A DNA stretch of 64,000 bases from a virus (Duplodnaviria; Heunggongvirae; Uroviricota; Caudoviricetes), in the IMG/VR virus record IMGVR_UViG_3300042885_000900. The stretch is one strand, 5' to 3'. The notes beneath the pieces are model-generated. The model was not told the DNA's origin and searched no databases. It saw only the letters and a list, made by a program, of their open reading frames with translations. Below are positions 20,087-29,835 of this stretch, in pieces. Made by a program: the position numbers and the translations under genes. The number at the start of each line of letters is the position of its first letter. Position 1 is the first letter of the stretch.

Positions 20087-20598
20087 TATAGACCTCTAAA
20101 TTCATTATTCATTACCGGTGAAGCAATAATACTACGATAAAAAGGTTTATACCCCCCGATTGTGTGTTTATTATCTGAAGTCACCCTTCCATCATTATTA
20201 ACCGTATAATACCTTACTTTATCTTCCGTTTCATAGTATCCGATATAATCACCAAAACTAATATCAACTTCCAATTCATCCAAATCTCTTTGATAAACAG
20301 AAAGTTTCATATTACCCGGCTCCATTTGGTCTAATTTTGATGTCCCCAAATATTTGTTCTCGGGAGCCAAAATTTGGACATAACCTTTGAGTTCAACGGG
20401 AGGGTGAAACTTAATACTATCAACTGACGCCTCTCCGTAAATGTCGTCTGTCTTGGTTTTGTATCTATCAATACGATATAGAACCACGGTAAAATTCATG
20501 TCTCCGTGTAACCATTCTTGACCGAATGAAACCTCTAAATTAAAATCTTCGGCTCCAAAGAACTTTCCAATTCTTGTGATGGGCACTTTATTATTCAT
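20086..20598 (-). CDS. Head closure / neck protein (T4 gp14-like)
   Basis: DDIYGE..F.PPVELKG, GDYI motifs; context with gp15-like gene. Confidence 0.65.
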   Translation of the reverse strand: MNNKVPITRIGKFFGAEDFNLEVSFGQEWLHGDMNFTVVLYRIDRYKTKTDDIYGEASVDSIKFHPPVELKGYVQILAPENKYLGTSKLDQMEPGNMKLSVYQRDLDELEVDISFGDYIGYYETEDKVRYYTVNNDGRVTSDNKHTIGGYKPFYRSIIASPVMNNEFRGL

Positions 20599-20920
20599 AT
20601 TGTTTTCGTCTTTTGTATTCGGATTCCGAACGAGTACCTGAATTATTAATTATAACATTAATACCAAAATAATCTTTTATAGTCTTTTGTATTTCACGAT
20701 TCCACTCATATCTGTACCTTATGGGGATTGCTTGAGTATCTGGATTAACTTTTAAATATTTACTATCATCAGGGACTACATATGTTACCATCATATAATA
20801 TTCTTCACCAGTATCGTCAGTAGGTTCTAATGTATAAATAAGTTCAGACACACCATTAGGTTTAATGTGTTTTATCATTTTATTTATTAATTTGTCTAAT
20901 ATCTCTTGTCTCATTCTCAT
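20591..20920 (-). CDS. Hypothetical protein
   Basis: 109 aa ORF coupled to downstream gene; TATTTAT motif upstream (true start could be 20914). Confidence 0.65.
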   Translation of the reverse strand: MRMRQEILDKLINKMIKHIKPNGVSELIYTLEPTDDTGEEYYMMVTYVVPDDSKYLKVNPDTQAIPIRYRYEWNREIQKTIKDYFGINVIINNSGTRSESEYKRRKQYE

Positions 20921-20923
20921 ATC

Positions 20924-20952
20924 TTGATAAATATTATAAAATATGTTATATT
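20924..20952 (+). promoter_or_regulatory. Sigma70-like promoter for helicase
   Basis: TTGATA-N17-TATATT with TG just upstream of the -10. Confidence 0.55.
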
Positions 20953-20970
20953 TCTACTAAAAGAATAAAA

Positions 20971-23847
20971 TTGGAAAACAATACATCTGAAAATTCTAAT
21001 TTAACAGTAGAACAACGAGCAATATCTCTTCTTGACACTTATCAAGGAGCAAATAACTATATCCTAAAATTAAAACATCAAAAGGAAACTAATAAAAGAT
21101 TCTTCCCTACTCGGGCACAATCTGACTACATAATAAATTATCACGAAGTAACCCCAAAGGTAGCTAAAAGATGGGTTGATTTAGACCCCTACTTCGCCAA
21201 AAAAATTGCCGATGAAAAACTATTGACAAATATTCCCGAACAAGTATGGGTGGAAAAGTTATTAGTTGAGAAAGAAAAATCGTATCATATTTGGGGTAAA
21301 GTTCTATCTGGTGAAACTATTAACGAATTTTGGTTACCGAAGGGTGCTTTAATTAAAACACACACAATTAAAGATGTTGTGGTTGATTATGAAAAATATT
21401 CTAATCGTCCCCCACTTGAACATCAAAAACTTGCAATTGAGAAACTTGCCGGTTCAAAAAGATTTATTTTAGCCGACGATATGGGTTTGGGTAAGTTTTT
21501 ACCTACAAAAACATTGATATATACGCCGTCAGGTATGAAACCTATGGGCGATATTGAAATTGGTGACGAGGTTATTGGTTCTAATGGTAATAAATGTAAA
21601 GTTACCGGAGTTTTTCCTCAAGGAAAAAAAGATACATATAAAATAACATTTAATGACGAGTTTTCGATTTTATCGGGAGACGAACATTTATGGTCAGTGT
21701 CTTCACCAAATTACGGTAAAAATAGAAAAAACGATAGAATAAAAAAATCATTAGTATTATCCACAAAACAAATGTTTGAGGGGGGTAAAATATTAATAAA
21801 GGGTGAAGGTGTTAATTCAGCGAGAGATTATGAAATAGAAACTTACTATAAATCATCGAACGGTAATAATAAATGGCAAATACCAATAGTTAAACCAATT
21901 CGTTTTGAACGGAACGATGTTTTACCAATAGACCCTTACTTATTAGGTTTAGGATTGGGTGATGGGTCATTTAAAAATAAAAATATTAATTTTTCACTAC
22001 ATAAGGACGATTATGATGAGTTATTTAACCTTTTCCTATTAAAAGAAAATAAACCTCAAGATAATAAAAGAAACGGTTATATTAATGTAGGAACATCACT
22101 TTTTGATTTGGGGATTGAACATACTCGTTCACATAATAAATTTATTCCCGAAATTTATAAATATTCTTCCATTGAGAATCGATTGTCTATATTACAAGGG
22201 TTAATGGATACTGATGGTCACTGTATGTTAGGTAAAAACAATAATTTTCACGGAACAGAATATTCGACGGTGTCTAAAAAATTGTGTGATGATGTTGTTG
22301 AAATTGTTCATACTCTTGGGGGGGTTGCGAGAGTTAGGAGTCGTATACCAACTTATACATATAAAGGTCAAAAATTAAAAGGAAAACTATCATATAGGGT
22401 AAACATTAAGTTACCTTCTGGTATGAATCCGTTTCGATTAAAACGAAAATCGGAAAGGTATATTGACCCTAAAAAATACCCAACCGGTAGATACATTAAA
22501 AATATTGAAAAATTTGGTGAGGATGATTGTGTTTGTATTTCGGTTGATTCTCCGGACAAATTATATGTTGTTGAGCACGGTATTGTGACTCATAATACAA
22601 CTTCCACCATTATCGCCGCATTAGAAACGGGAGCGAAGAAAATATTAATTGTTTGTCCGGCATCCCTAAAGATTAACTGGCAAAGAGAGATTGAGAACTA
22701 TACCGATAGAAGTGTTTATATTTCTGAAGGTAAGAATTTCTCAATAGAACACGATTTTGTGATTGTGAATTACGATATCCTTAAAAATTTTTACGACCTT
22801 AAAGGTAAAACAGAATCTTTAATCACTCAAGGAAATTTTGATTTAATTATTTTGGACGAAGCTCATTATGTGAGTAATGGACAAGCGGCAAGAACTAAAC
22901 TTGTTAATAGTTTTGCTAAAAATTGTGAAAGAGTGTGGTTGTTAACGGGGACACCTATGACAAATCGTCCGATGAATTACTTTAACCTATTATCTCTTAT
23001 TGAGAGTCCGGTTTCCCAAAATTGGATGGCTTACGCAATACGATATTGTCAAGGTTATCAATTTATGGCAGGAAAAAGAAAAATATGGAATGTTTCGGGA
23101 GCATCAAATTTGGAAGAATTAAGAGACAGAACATCAAGACAAGTTTTAAGAAGATTAAAAACCGAAGTTTTAGATTTACCTGAAAAAATTATCACACCAA
23201 TTTATTTAAGATTAAAATCAAAACTTTACGAAGGGTTGATGGGTGAATATTATGATTGGTATAATAAAAACCCTGATGAATCAACATCACTTACCGTTCA
23301 GTTCAGTAAGTTAATGAAAGTTCGTCAAGTCATTGCGGAAGAAAAAATTAAAGACACAATAGAGTTGGCTGAAAACATTTTAGAACAGGATAAAAAAGTT
23401 ATTATCTTCACCAATTTTACGGACACATTAAATCAGATTGCCGAACATTTTGGAAAAATTGCGGTTAAATTAGATGGTTCAACATCAAAACCTCAACGAC
23501 AATACGCTGTTGACCAATTTCAAGATAATGAAAAGATTAAAGTGTTTGTTGGTAATGTGAAGGCAGCCGGAGTTGGTATAACTTTAACCGCCGCTGAAGC
23601 TGTAATCATCAATGACTTATCTTTTGTTCCTGGTGACCTAGCACAAGCTGAGGATAGAGCATATAGATATGGACAAAAAAATTCGGTATCAGTTTATTAC
23701 CCAATATTCTATAATAGTATAGAAGGAATCATTTATGATATGGTGAATCATAAGAAACAAAATATTAATACCGTAATGGGCGATAATATAGAAGAGAAGG
23801 GTGATTTCATCGGAGAACTTATGAATAAAATTAACAACCGAGGTTAA
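20971..23847 (+). CDS. SNF2-family helicase/ATPase interrupted by an intein
   Basis: ILADDMGLGK/T Walker A, LIVCPASL, LDEAH, LTGTP, GVGITL, QAEDRAYRYGQ. Confidence 0.93.
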   Translation: MENNTSENSNLTVEQRAISLLDTYQGANNYILKLKHQKETNKRFFPTRAQSDYIINYHEVTPKVAKRWVDLDPYFAKKIADEKLLTNIPEQVWVEKLLVEKEKSYHIWGKVLSGETINEFWLPKGALIKTHTIKDVVVDYEKYSNRPPLEHQKLAIEKLAGSKRFILADDMGLGKFLPTKTLIYTPSGMKPMGDIEIGDEVIGSNGNKCKVTGVFPQGKKDTYKITFNDEFSILSGDEHLWSVSSPNYGKNRKNDRIKKSLVLSTKQMFEGGKILIKGEGVNSARDYEIETYYKSSNGNNKWQIPIVKPIRFERNDVLPIDPYLLGLGLGDGSFKNKNINFSLHKDDYDELFNLFLLKENKPQDNKRNGYINVGTSLFDLGIEHTRSHNKFIPEIYKYSSIENRLSILQGLMDTDGHCMLGKNNNFHGTEYSTVSKKLCDDVVEIVHTLGGVARVRSRIPTYTYKGQKLKGKLSYRVNIKLPSGMNPFRLKRKSERYIDPKKYPTGRYIKNIEKFGEDDCVCISVDSPDKLYVVEHGIVTHNTTSTIIAALETGAKKILIVCPASLKINWQREIENYTDRSVYISEGKNFSIEHDFVIVNYDILKNFYDLKGKTESLITQGNFDLIILDEAHYVSNGQAARTKLVNSFAKNCERVWLLTGTPMTNRPMNYFNLLSLIESPVSQNWMAYAIRYCQGYQFMAGKRKIWNVSGASNLEELRDRTSRQVLRRLKTEVLDLPEKIITPIYLRLKSKLYEGLMGEYYDWYNKNPDESTSLTVQFSKLMKVRQVIAEEKIKDTIELAENILEQDKKVIIFTNFTDTLNQIAEHFGKIAVKLDGSTSKPQRQYAVDQFQDNEKIKVFVGNVKAAGVGITLTAAEAVIINDLSFVPGDLAQAEDRAYRYGQKNSVSVYYPIFYNSIEGIIYDMVNHKKQNINTVMGDNIEEKGDFIGELMNKINNRG
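21496..22596 (+). mobile_element. Intein (367 aa) with LAGLIDADG endonuclease, class 3 signature
   Basis: Inserted between GK and T of Walker A; ends VTHN/T; YLLGLGLGDG and ILQGLMDTDG motifs; begins with Phe; W (EHLW), C (CVCISV), T (THN). Confidence 0.92.
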
Positions 23848-23859
23848 TTCGGTTGTTAA
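23831..23859 (+). terminator. Perfect 11-bp stem-loop over helicase stop codon
   Basis: TTAACAACCGA-GGTTAAT-TCGGTTGTTAA; no strong U tract. Confidence 0.45.
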
Positions 23860-23884
23860 GATATTTATATAACAAATAAGCCAA

Positions 23885-25423
23885 ATGAAAAAGATTGAAG
23901 AAAAAATCAATCTCATAACAGAAGAACTAAAAAAAGTTGAAACCTACGAAAATCAACAAATGTTCATTAATGAGATGAAAAAAATAGGGATAGAGAAATT
24001 ACCCTACGCCTATTCAGCATTAAAACAATTTATTGATGCTGAAACAATGAATTACCATTATAATAAACACTATAAAGGATATGTTGATAAATTAAATTCA
24101 GCCCTTAAAAAGAAAGATTATGGTGATTTAGAATTAGAAGAAATTATTAAATCAATAAGTAGATTTGATAAGACAATTAGGAACAATGCCGGAGGAGCTT
24201 TTAACCACGCATTGTTTTGGAAAATGTTAACCCCAAAAAAACAAACACCAAATGGTGAAATTATTAGGCAAATTAAAAAAGATTTCACTACCTTTGTCAA
24301 GTTTAAAAATAAGTTTGAGGAAATTGCTCAAGAAAAATTTGGTTCAGGTTGGGTTTGGTTAGTTTTAACAAAACGAAATACCCTAAAAATCGTAACCACA
24401 GAAAATCAAGACAACCCTCTTATGAATGTTATAGACGACGGAGGTTATCCAATATTAGGATTAGATTTATGGGAACACGCATATTATTTAAAATATAGAA
24501 ATAAAAAAAATGACTATATTAAGAATTTTTGGAAATGTGTTAATTGGGAATTTGTTAATAAACTATATACAATGAGAATTGAGACTAAACTAAATGAATC
24601 ATTAAATTTTAAATCTGTAATTTCTGAAGGTAAATCAGAAAGATGTAGTAGAGAAGAAAACGAAGCTATTCGTATGGTTTTTAATATCAACCCGAAAATT
24701 AAACGAATTTTTATGGAAGGTATTAATCACATCCTTAAAGAAGTTTTTCCGGATAACTATTATGGATATGGTGAATACGCTAAAGGTGAAATGTCGGGGG
24801 TCTATGATTTAGAAAGAGATGGTCGTTCTGTCTTAAATAAATTAAACACAAACTATAGTTGTTTCTGTGTTCTTCTTAACGACACAAATCAAGTTTTAAA
24901 ATCCGCAAATTTACCTGAAATTAAAATTGTTGGTTTAAAACCTGCTGAACAAATTGAGGAAACTAAAAAATTCCTTATTTTCTTACACGAATATAAATTT
25001 AGAATATTTAAACAAACTTCAGCAACATTTCAAAACATTATGAAAGTTTTAACCCAAACCGATACTTGGGGACAAGCTCGTGAAGATAAAACAGTTGAGA
25101 TTTTAAAGAAAAAATTTGGGAAAGATAATGTTAACGCCATTGGTAAATTAGGGAGTAAAGCCGATATGATTGGTGGTGTAGATTGTGAAGTCATCATTAA
25201 CGGTAGAAAATTAAGTAGTCAAATAAAGCCATTTGGAAGTATTGAAGCTACCGGTGAAGAAATTACCGTTATTGGTTCAGGTGCCGTTAAAAAATACTAC
25301 ACAGATTGGTTAATTTTTACTAGAAATAATAAAGATGTTTTAATTTTCAGAAATAAAAATTCAAAAATCGTTAATGGACAATATGTTTTTCCTAAAGGAG
25401 ATTTAATTTATTCATTAAATTGA
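23885..25423 (+). CDS. sodA: Fe/Mn superoxide dismutase (Mn-type signatures) fused to a C-terminal PD-(D/E)XK-like domain
   Basis: LPYAYSAL, HYNKH, NAGGAFNH, FGSGWVWL, NQD, LDLWEHAYY (all four metal ligands); about 280 extra C-terminal residues with D..GGVD...QIK. Confidence 0.85.
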   Translation: MKKIEEKINLITEELKKVETYENQQMFINEMKKIGIEKLPYAYSALKQFIDAETMNYHYNKHYKGYVDKLNSALKKKDYGDLELEEIIKSISRFDKTIRNNAGGAFNHALFWKMLTPKKQTPNGEIIRQIKKDFTTFVKFKNKFEEIAQEKFGSGWVWLVLTKRNTLKIVTTENQDNPLMNVIDDGGYPILGLDLWEHAYYLKYRNKKNDYIKNFWKCVNWEFVNKLYTMRIETKLNESLNFKSVISEGKSERCSREENEAIRMVFNINPKIKRIFMEGINHILKEVFPDNYYGYGEYAKGEMSGVYDLERDGRSVLNKLNTNYSCFCVLLNDTNQVLKSANLPEIKIVGLKPAEQIEETKKFLIFLHEYKFRIFKQTSATFQNIMKVLTQTDTWGQAREDKTVEILKKKFGKDNVNAIGKLGSKADMIGGVDCEVIINGRKLSSQIKPFGSIEATGEEITVIGSGAVKKYYTDWLIFTRNNKDVLIFRNKNSKIVNGQYVFPKGDLIYSLN

Positions 25424-25444
25424 TATTTATAAATAAAAAGAACT

Positions 25445-26557
25445 ATGTCAATAATCCCAGAACCTCAAAGAACCGCGTTATACACGAGAATTAAACATTT
25501 ACTTGGTGCACCACTTCGCTCAATAGAAATTGAGGACGAAATGATGGATAGTTTGTTAGAATTATCTATCGGTGATTATTCCCAATATGTCCAAGATTGG
25601 TTAATAGAATCCCAATGGACATCCTTATATAATCTTAATCTTGATACACAATCATTATCAAAAGCTTTTATAACAAAAAGTTTAGATTTTGAAACAAGAT
25701 ACACCTATGCGTATTCTAAAATTGTTGGATTACAGGCTGGTGGTGATTGGGAACTTAAAAAAGATTATATACAACTTGAACGGAATCAACAAATATATGA
25801 AATTCCTGCAAATAGAGAAATTAATGAGGTTTTATGGTTTACCCCCGCAGAACTTAATAATTTATTATTTGACCCTTGGACTTTCGGAGCTTTAGGTGCC
25901 GGTGGTTTAGGTGGACCTGGTGGTTTTTCACAAATGGGTATGTCAGGTTCGTTTTTTATGATGCCGGCCTTTGATATGTTATTGAGAATGCAAGAAATTA
26001 ATATTCAAAGAAGAATAATCGCAGGTGAATTAACATATAGAATAACCGCACTTCCTGATGGTAAAAAAGCATTACACTTAATGAATACACCAGGTGGTAA
26101 ATTTGACTTTGGTAATTCAACATTAACAAGAGGTAAGGTATGGTATTGGTACTACGATGTTGGTCCGGCGGATAGAGATAAATGTTTAAAAGCAAATCCG
26201 GATATTATTACACTCCCTTCTGATGTTCCATTTGAAGAAATTTCTTGGGTTGATTTAAATAACCCTGCTCAACAATGGGTTAGAAGATGGTTTACTGCAT
26301 ATGTAAAACAAACATTGGCAAGAGTTAGAGGTAAATTTAGTGGGAATGTTAAAACACCGGATAGTGAATTAACTATGGATTACGCATCATTAGCAACAGA
26401 AGGTGCAGACGAAAAATCAAAACTTGAAGAAGAATTAAAATTAAGGTTGGAGAGATTACGACCAGATAAAATGATGGAAAGAGAAGCTTTATTAGCAGAG
26501 AATTTAAATAAATCTTTGAAATTTAGAGCAATGCCAAGACAAATTTATGTGATTTAA
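25445..26557 (+). CDS. Neck protein / head-tail adaptor (T4 gp13-like)
   Basis: LLGAP...IEI, WVRRW..A..K..L...RGKF motifs. Confidence 0.8.
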   Translation: MSIIPEPQRTALYTRIKHLLGAPLRSIEIEDEMMDSLLELSIGDYSQYVQDWLIESQWTSLYNLNLDTQSLSKAFITKSLDFETRYTYAYSKIVGLQAGGDWELKKDYIQLERNQQIYEIPANREINEVLWFTPAELNNLLFDPWTFGALGAGGLGGPGGFSQMGMSGSFFMMPAFDMLLRMQEINIQRRIIAGELTYRITALPDGKKALHLMNTPGGKFDFGNSTLTRGKVWYWYYDVGPADRDKCLKANPDIITLPSDVPFEEISWVDLNNPAQQWVRRWFTAYVKQTLARVRGKFSGNVKTPDSELTMDYASLATEGADEKSKLEEELKLRLERLRPDKMMEREALLAENLNKSLKFRAMPRQIYVI

Positions 26558-26562
26558 AAAAT

Positions 26563-26922
26563 ATGTTAAATTTAAATAGACAAACAGAAAAAAAAGTAGT
26601 TGGGGATAAAAGATTTTATAATGAAGTTTATGAAGTTAATGTCCAAGATATAAAAAAAGTTATCACGGACGAAGTTTATAATACTAAAGGTGAGGTTTTA
26701 ATATTGGCCAAAGGTGTTAATGAATGTAGGATAGTTTTAGATTCGGAGACTACAGAACATATAATCATCAAAGCATTAACAAAAGTTTATATCACCCCAA
26801 GCTCAAACAAAATTGATGAGTATTATGATGAAATTTTTATTGATAAAGGAGCTTGTGTCGAATTTTATTTAATAGAAAATAATTGGTATATCGTCTCAAG
26901 TGATGGTTTAAAATTAGAATAA
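26563..26922 (+). CDS. Hypothetical, probably small beta-rich structural protein
   Basis: 119 aa, cotranscribed with neck gene. Confidence 0.6.
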   Translation: MLNLNRQTEKKVVGDKRFYNEVYEVNVQDIKKVITDEVYNTKGEVLILAKGVNECRIVLDSETTEHIIIKALTKVYITPSSNKIDEYYDEIFIDKGACVEFYLIENNWYIVSSDGLKLE

Positions 26923-26923
26923 A

Positions 26924-26949
26924 AAAAGGTGTCGTATTCGACACCTTTT
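26924..26949. terminator. Bidirectional intrinsic terminator
   Basis: AAAAGGTGTCG-TATT-CGACACCTTTT between convergent genes. Confidence 0.85.
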
Positions 26950-26954
26950 CTGTT

Positions 26955-29744
26955 TTAACTAATATGTTCTTCCCATCCTGGTTCAGCTAAGTCATAAATG
27001 TATTCAGAACTAACACCAACTCTCTCCCAAAATTTTAATTCTAAATCGGTGATAGTTAATAAATCCTCAATCGTATCTTGGTCACCCTCTTTATTCGGAA
27101 CACCCCCAATTAATTCACATTGTGTTTTAGTAAAAAACCCTCTGTCTTCCGGATTGGTAATTAACAAACTTTCCCTCAATTCTTTATTAAAAACAATTAA
27201 TAAAGGTTCAACCTTTTTATTAAATGTTGAGATTGCTCTCGGAACATTATAATCACCGGTTAAATCGGGATTATTCTCAATCTCGGTTTGGTCTAATAGA
27301 TAACAATTAAGTTGTATTGTTGAGCTTGTTTTGTTTTCTGGTTCCATACCATTAACAGATGTAAATAAATCTAATTCTTTTTTAGTATAATTGTTTTTTG
27401 TTATTTTTTGAACGTCTCCGTGAGAAGCTTTAGTTCCGTTATTAACATAACTAATAACATCACCCAACGATACTTTTAAATCGTGTTTGATAACCAGTTC
27501 AAGGTGAGCCATTCTACTCATAAGCGAACCCGCTTTTGTTTTTTGAGTACATCGTTTTTTATAATCGTCAACTGACAATTTAACCCTTGCTCTTTGAGCG
27601 ATTTGTTTTAATGGAATTTGTTGGTCAAAGATTCTTTGGTGATATTCAAAATACCACTCAATAAATTCTTGTCCTTTCCCTTCCAATAACAATTTAACCC
27701 CTTTATCCAAAAATACTTCTATGTATAATGGTAATTTTTTAGATTTAATTGAGTTCCCCGTTAATTTAATTTTACCATTGGATTCCATCGTGGCGTAATT
27801 CTTTCTACTTAAATTAATACAAGAATCCCAAGTTCCGTCACAATCTAATCCCATCTCACCTTTCATAAACAAATCATTATACTCGGCAGTGTCGGCATAA
27901 TATCCTCTATATTCTTTACCCTCTTTAACCAACCAATTTAATCCTTTCCCGATATAAACTCTATCATCAACACCACCTTCAGGTAAACTAAAGTTAACAC
28001 CATCGGTATCAAGTACCAAAGGAGTATAACCTCGTTTAACGAAGTATTTTACCATCTGACGAAGATATTGTCGTCCCGTACAAGTAATTCGTTCTCCACT
28101 ATTCATTTCACCCCATTCGTAAACATGGGGAGCTGATAATCCACCGAACATTGAGTTAATAAAGATTTTTAAAGGTAATTGTTTTCTATCGTATGATAAT
28201 GATTTTTTAGAATCAATTGATTTATATTCGGACGCTAAGTTTTTATACATAATACGAGCATTACGGAAATAAGTTAACATACCTTTCATTCCCCCCATTA
28301 CATCACACTCGGGAAACACATCGTGTACCAACTGAATGGATGGGTATAATGAAGAGTAGTCAAGTTTTAATACATTGGTAGAGTATCCCACTTTAAGTAG
28401 TCTAGAAAGTCCTCCTACGAAATCCGTCTTCTCTTCTTTAGCGGGGATAGCCAATTTATTCTTATAAGACCAAGCCAACATAATCATTCTCCATAGAGTT
28501 GCGGTTCCCATTGTGGAAACTCTTTCATATGTTGTTGGTACCATCGATGCGAGTAGAAACGTTCCTTGGTTGAATTCATCATCCACTGTCAACGTCTCCT
28601 CTAAATCGTCGTCAAGATATCTCTCCACAATATTATCACCTGTCACCTTTAAGTATTTACCGGGGAATCTTGTGTCTAAATTATTGAAGTCCGGATTATC
28701 GGCTCTTTTATATTTTCCATTCTCAACATTTAACCAATATTCTTCTTTTTTGGCATACATCGGACCAATCTCTAAATGGTCAATATAAACTCGGTCAGGC
28801 GCTTCGGCTTTAATATATTGAGTTATGTATTTAAGACCGGCTGACTTAATACTTGAATTGATTGCTTGTGCTCTACGAACAGAGTGGATAATATCTATCA
28901 CATTATAACCCCATAATTGAGTTTGTGAGAATCTCTCTACCTCATTAGCAAGTTTTAACATACCATCTTTTTGTCCGATAGGTCTTGCAGGATTTAAAGA
29001 TTTAGCAATCTTTTTGATATCTAAATGAAGAGCTTTACATCTCTCAAATATCCAAAACCAGTCAAAGTTTGCCGAATTGTATCCACCAATAATTGATGGT
29101 TTAAGTTCATCGATAATATTAAAGAATTCCACTAAACCTTTTCTTTCTTGGTCTTCATCGGCACACTCAATAACTTTTTGATAACCTTTATTTGTTTTGA
29201 TTCCAATCATAAATATACGACCATCTTTAGGTTCTAAAGCAGTCGTCTCCAAGTCAAATCCGAGTCGGGTGATGTCGTTGTATTCCTCATACCCTTTGAA
29301 TAACCTTTTCTCTCTTGAAATAAGGAATTGTTCTACCGGTGGAAGTACCGTTAATTTTCCTTTTGTTTTTTCACCCCACGGGTCAACACCACCATCCCTA
29401 AAGAATTGGATAAGAGAACGATAACCCTTCATTGATTTAACCATATATTTGAGACCTTTTTCTAATCTCTCATTACCTTTGGTTTCTAACTTCTCAATGA
29501 TGATTCCGTGTTTTTTCATTGCGTCTCGTTGTTGGTCTTTGGACTTTGAATAAAAATTCAAATCTCTTAAATCACCAACCCAAGCAAATGCCGTAAATGT
29601 GTCTTTTTTGATTATTTTTCCCTGACCAGGGATTTCTTTAATTTTGTAGATTGAGTCCGATGCGTAATCATACTCAATAGCAACGATGTGCTCTTCCGGG
29701 TCATTCCCTTCTAGGAACGCCTTAATCTCTTCTTGTGTAACCAT
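26955..29744 (-). CDS. Family B DNA polymerase with 3'-5' exonuclease
   Basis: FDLETT, GYNSANFD, DYSSLYPS, KIFINSMFG, DTDG, KNYA motifs. Confidence 0.95.
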   Translation of the reverse strand: MVTQEEIKAFLEGNDPEEHIVAIEYDYASDSIYKIKEIPGQGKIIKKDTFTAFAWVGDLRDLNFYSKSKDQQRDAMKKHGIIIEKLETKGNERLEKGLKYMVKSMKGYRSLIQFFRDGGVDPWGEKTKGKLTVLPPVEQFLISREKRLFKGYEEYNDITRLGFDLETTALEPKDGRIFMIGIKTNKGYQKVIECADEDQERKGLVEFFNIIDELKPSIIGGYNSANFDWFWIFERCKALHLDIKKIAKSLNPARPIGQKDGMLKLANEVERFSQTQLWGYNVIDIIHSVRRAQAINSSIKSAGLKYITQYIKAEAPDRVYIDHLEIGPMYAKKEEYWLNVENGKYKRADNPDFNNLDTRFPGKYLKVTGDNIVERYLDDDLEETLTVDDEFNQGTFLLASMVPTTYERVSTMGTATLWRMIMLAWSYKNKLAIPAKEEKTDFVGGLSRLLKVGYSTNVLKLDYSSLYPSIQLVHDVFPECDVMGGMKGMLTYFRNARIMYKNLASEYKSIDSKKSLSYDRKQLPLKIFINSMFGGLSAPHVYEWGEMNSGERITCTGRQYLRQMVKYFVKRGYTPLVLDTDGVNFSLPEGGVDDRVYIGKGLNWLVKEGKEYRGYYADTAEYNDLFMKGEMGLDCDGTWDSCINLSRKNYATMESNGKIKLTGNSIKSKKLPLYIEVFLDKGVKLLLEGKGQEFIEWYFEYHQRIFDQQIPLKQIAQRARVKLSVDDYKKRCTQKTKAGSLMSRMAHLELVIKHDLKVSLGDVISYVNNGTKASHGDVQKITKNNYTKKELDLFTSVNGMEPENKTSSTIQLNCYLLDQTEIENNPDLTGDYNVPRAISTFNKKVEPLLIVFNKELRESLLITNPEDRGFFTKTQCELIGGVPNKEGDQDTIEDLLTITDLELKFWERVGVSSEYIYDLAEPGWEEHIS

Positions 29745-29806
29745 AAATATATTTTTTAGAATGACATATTAGCACTGATTAATTTCAGGTTTGTCTTGTT
29801 TCTATA

Positions 29807-29835
29807 AATATAATTATTTAAAATAAAGAAGTCAA
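29807..29835 (-). promoter_or_regulatory. Sigma70-like promoter for DNA polymerase
   Basis: TTGACT-N17-TATATT on minus strand. Confidence 0.55.

Noticed and set aside
1-26922. Bacterial eCIS/tailocin locus or eukaryotic giant virus
   Set aside because: Neck and head-closure genes with DNA polymerase, intein and homing endonuclease indicate a tailed phage; sheath and tube exclude NCLDV.
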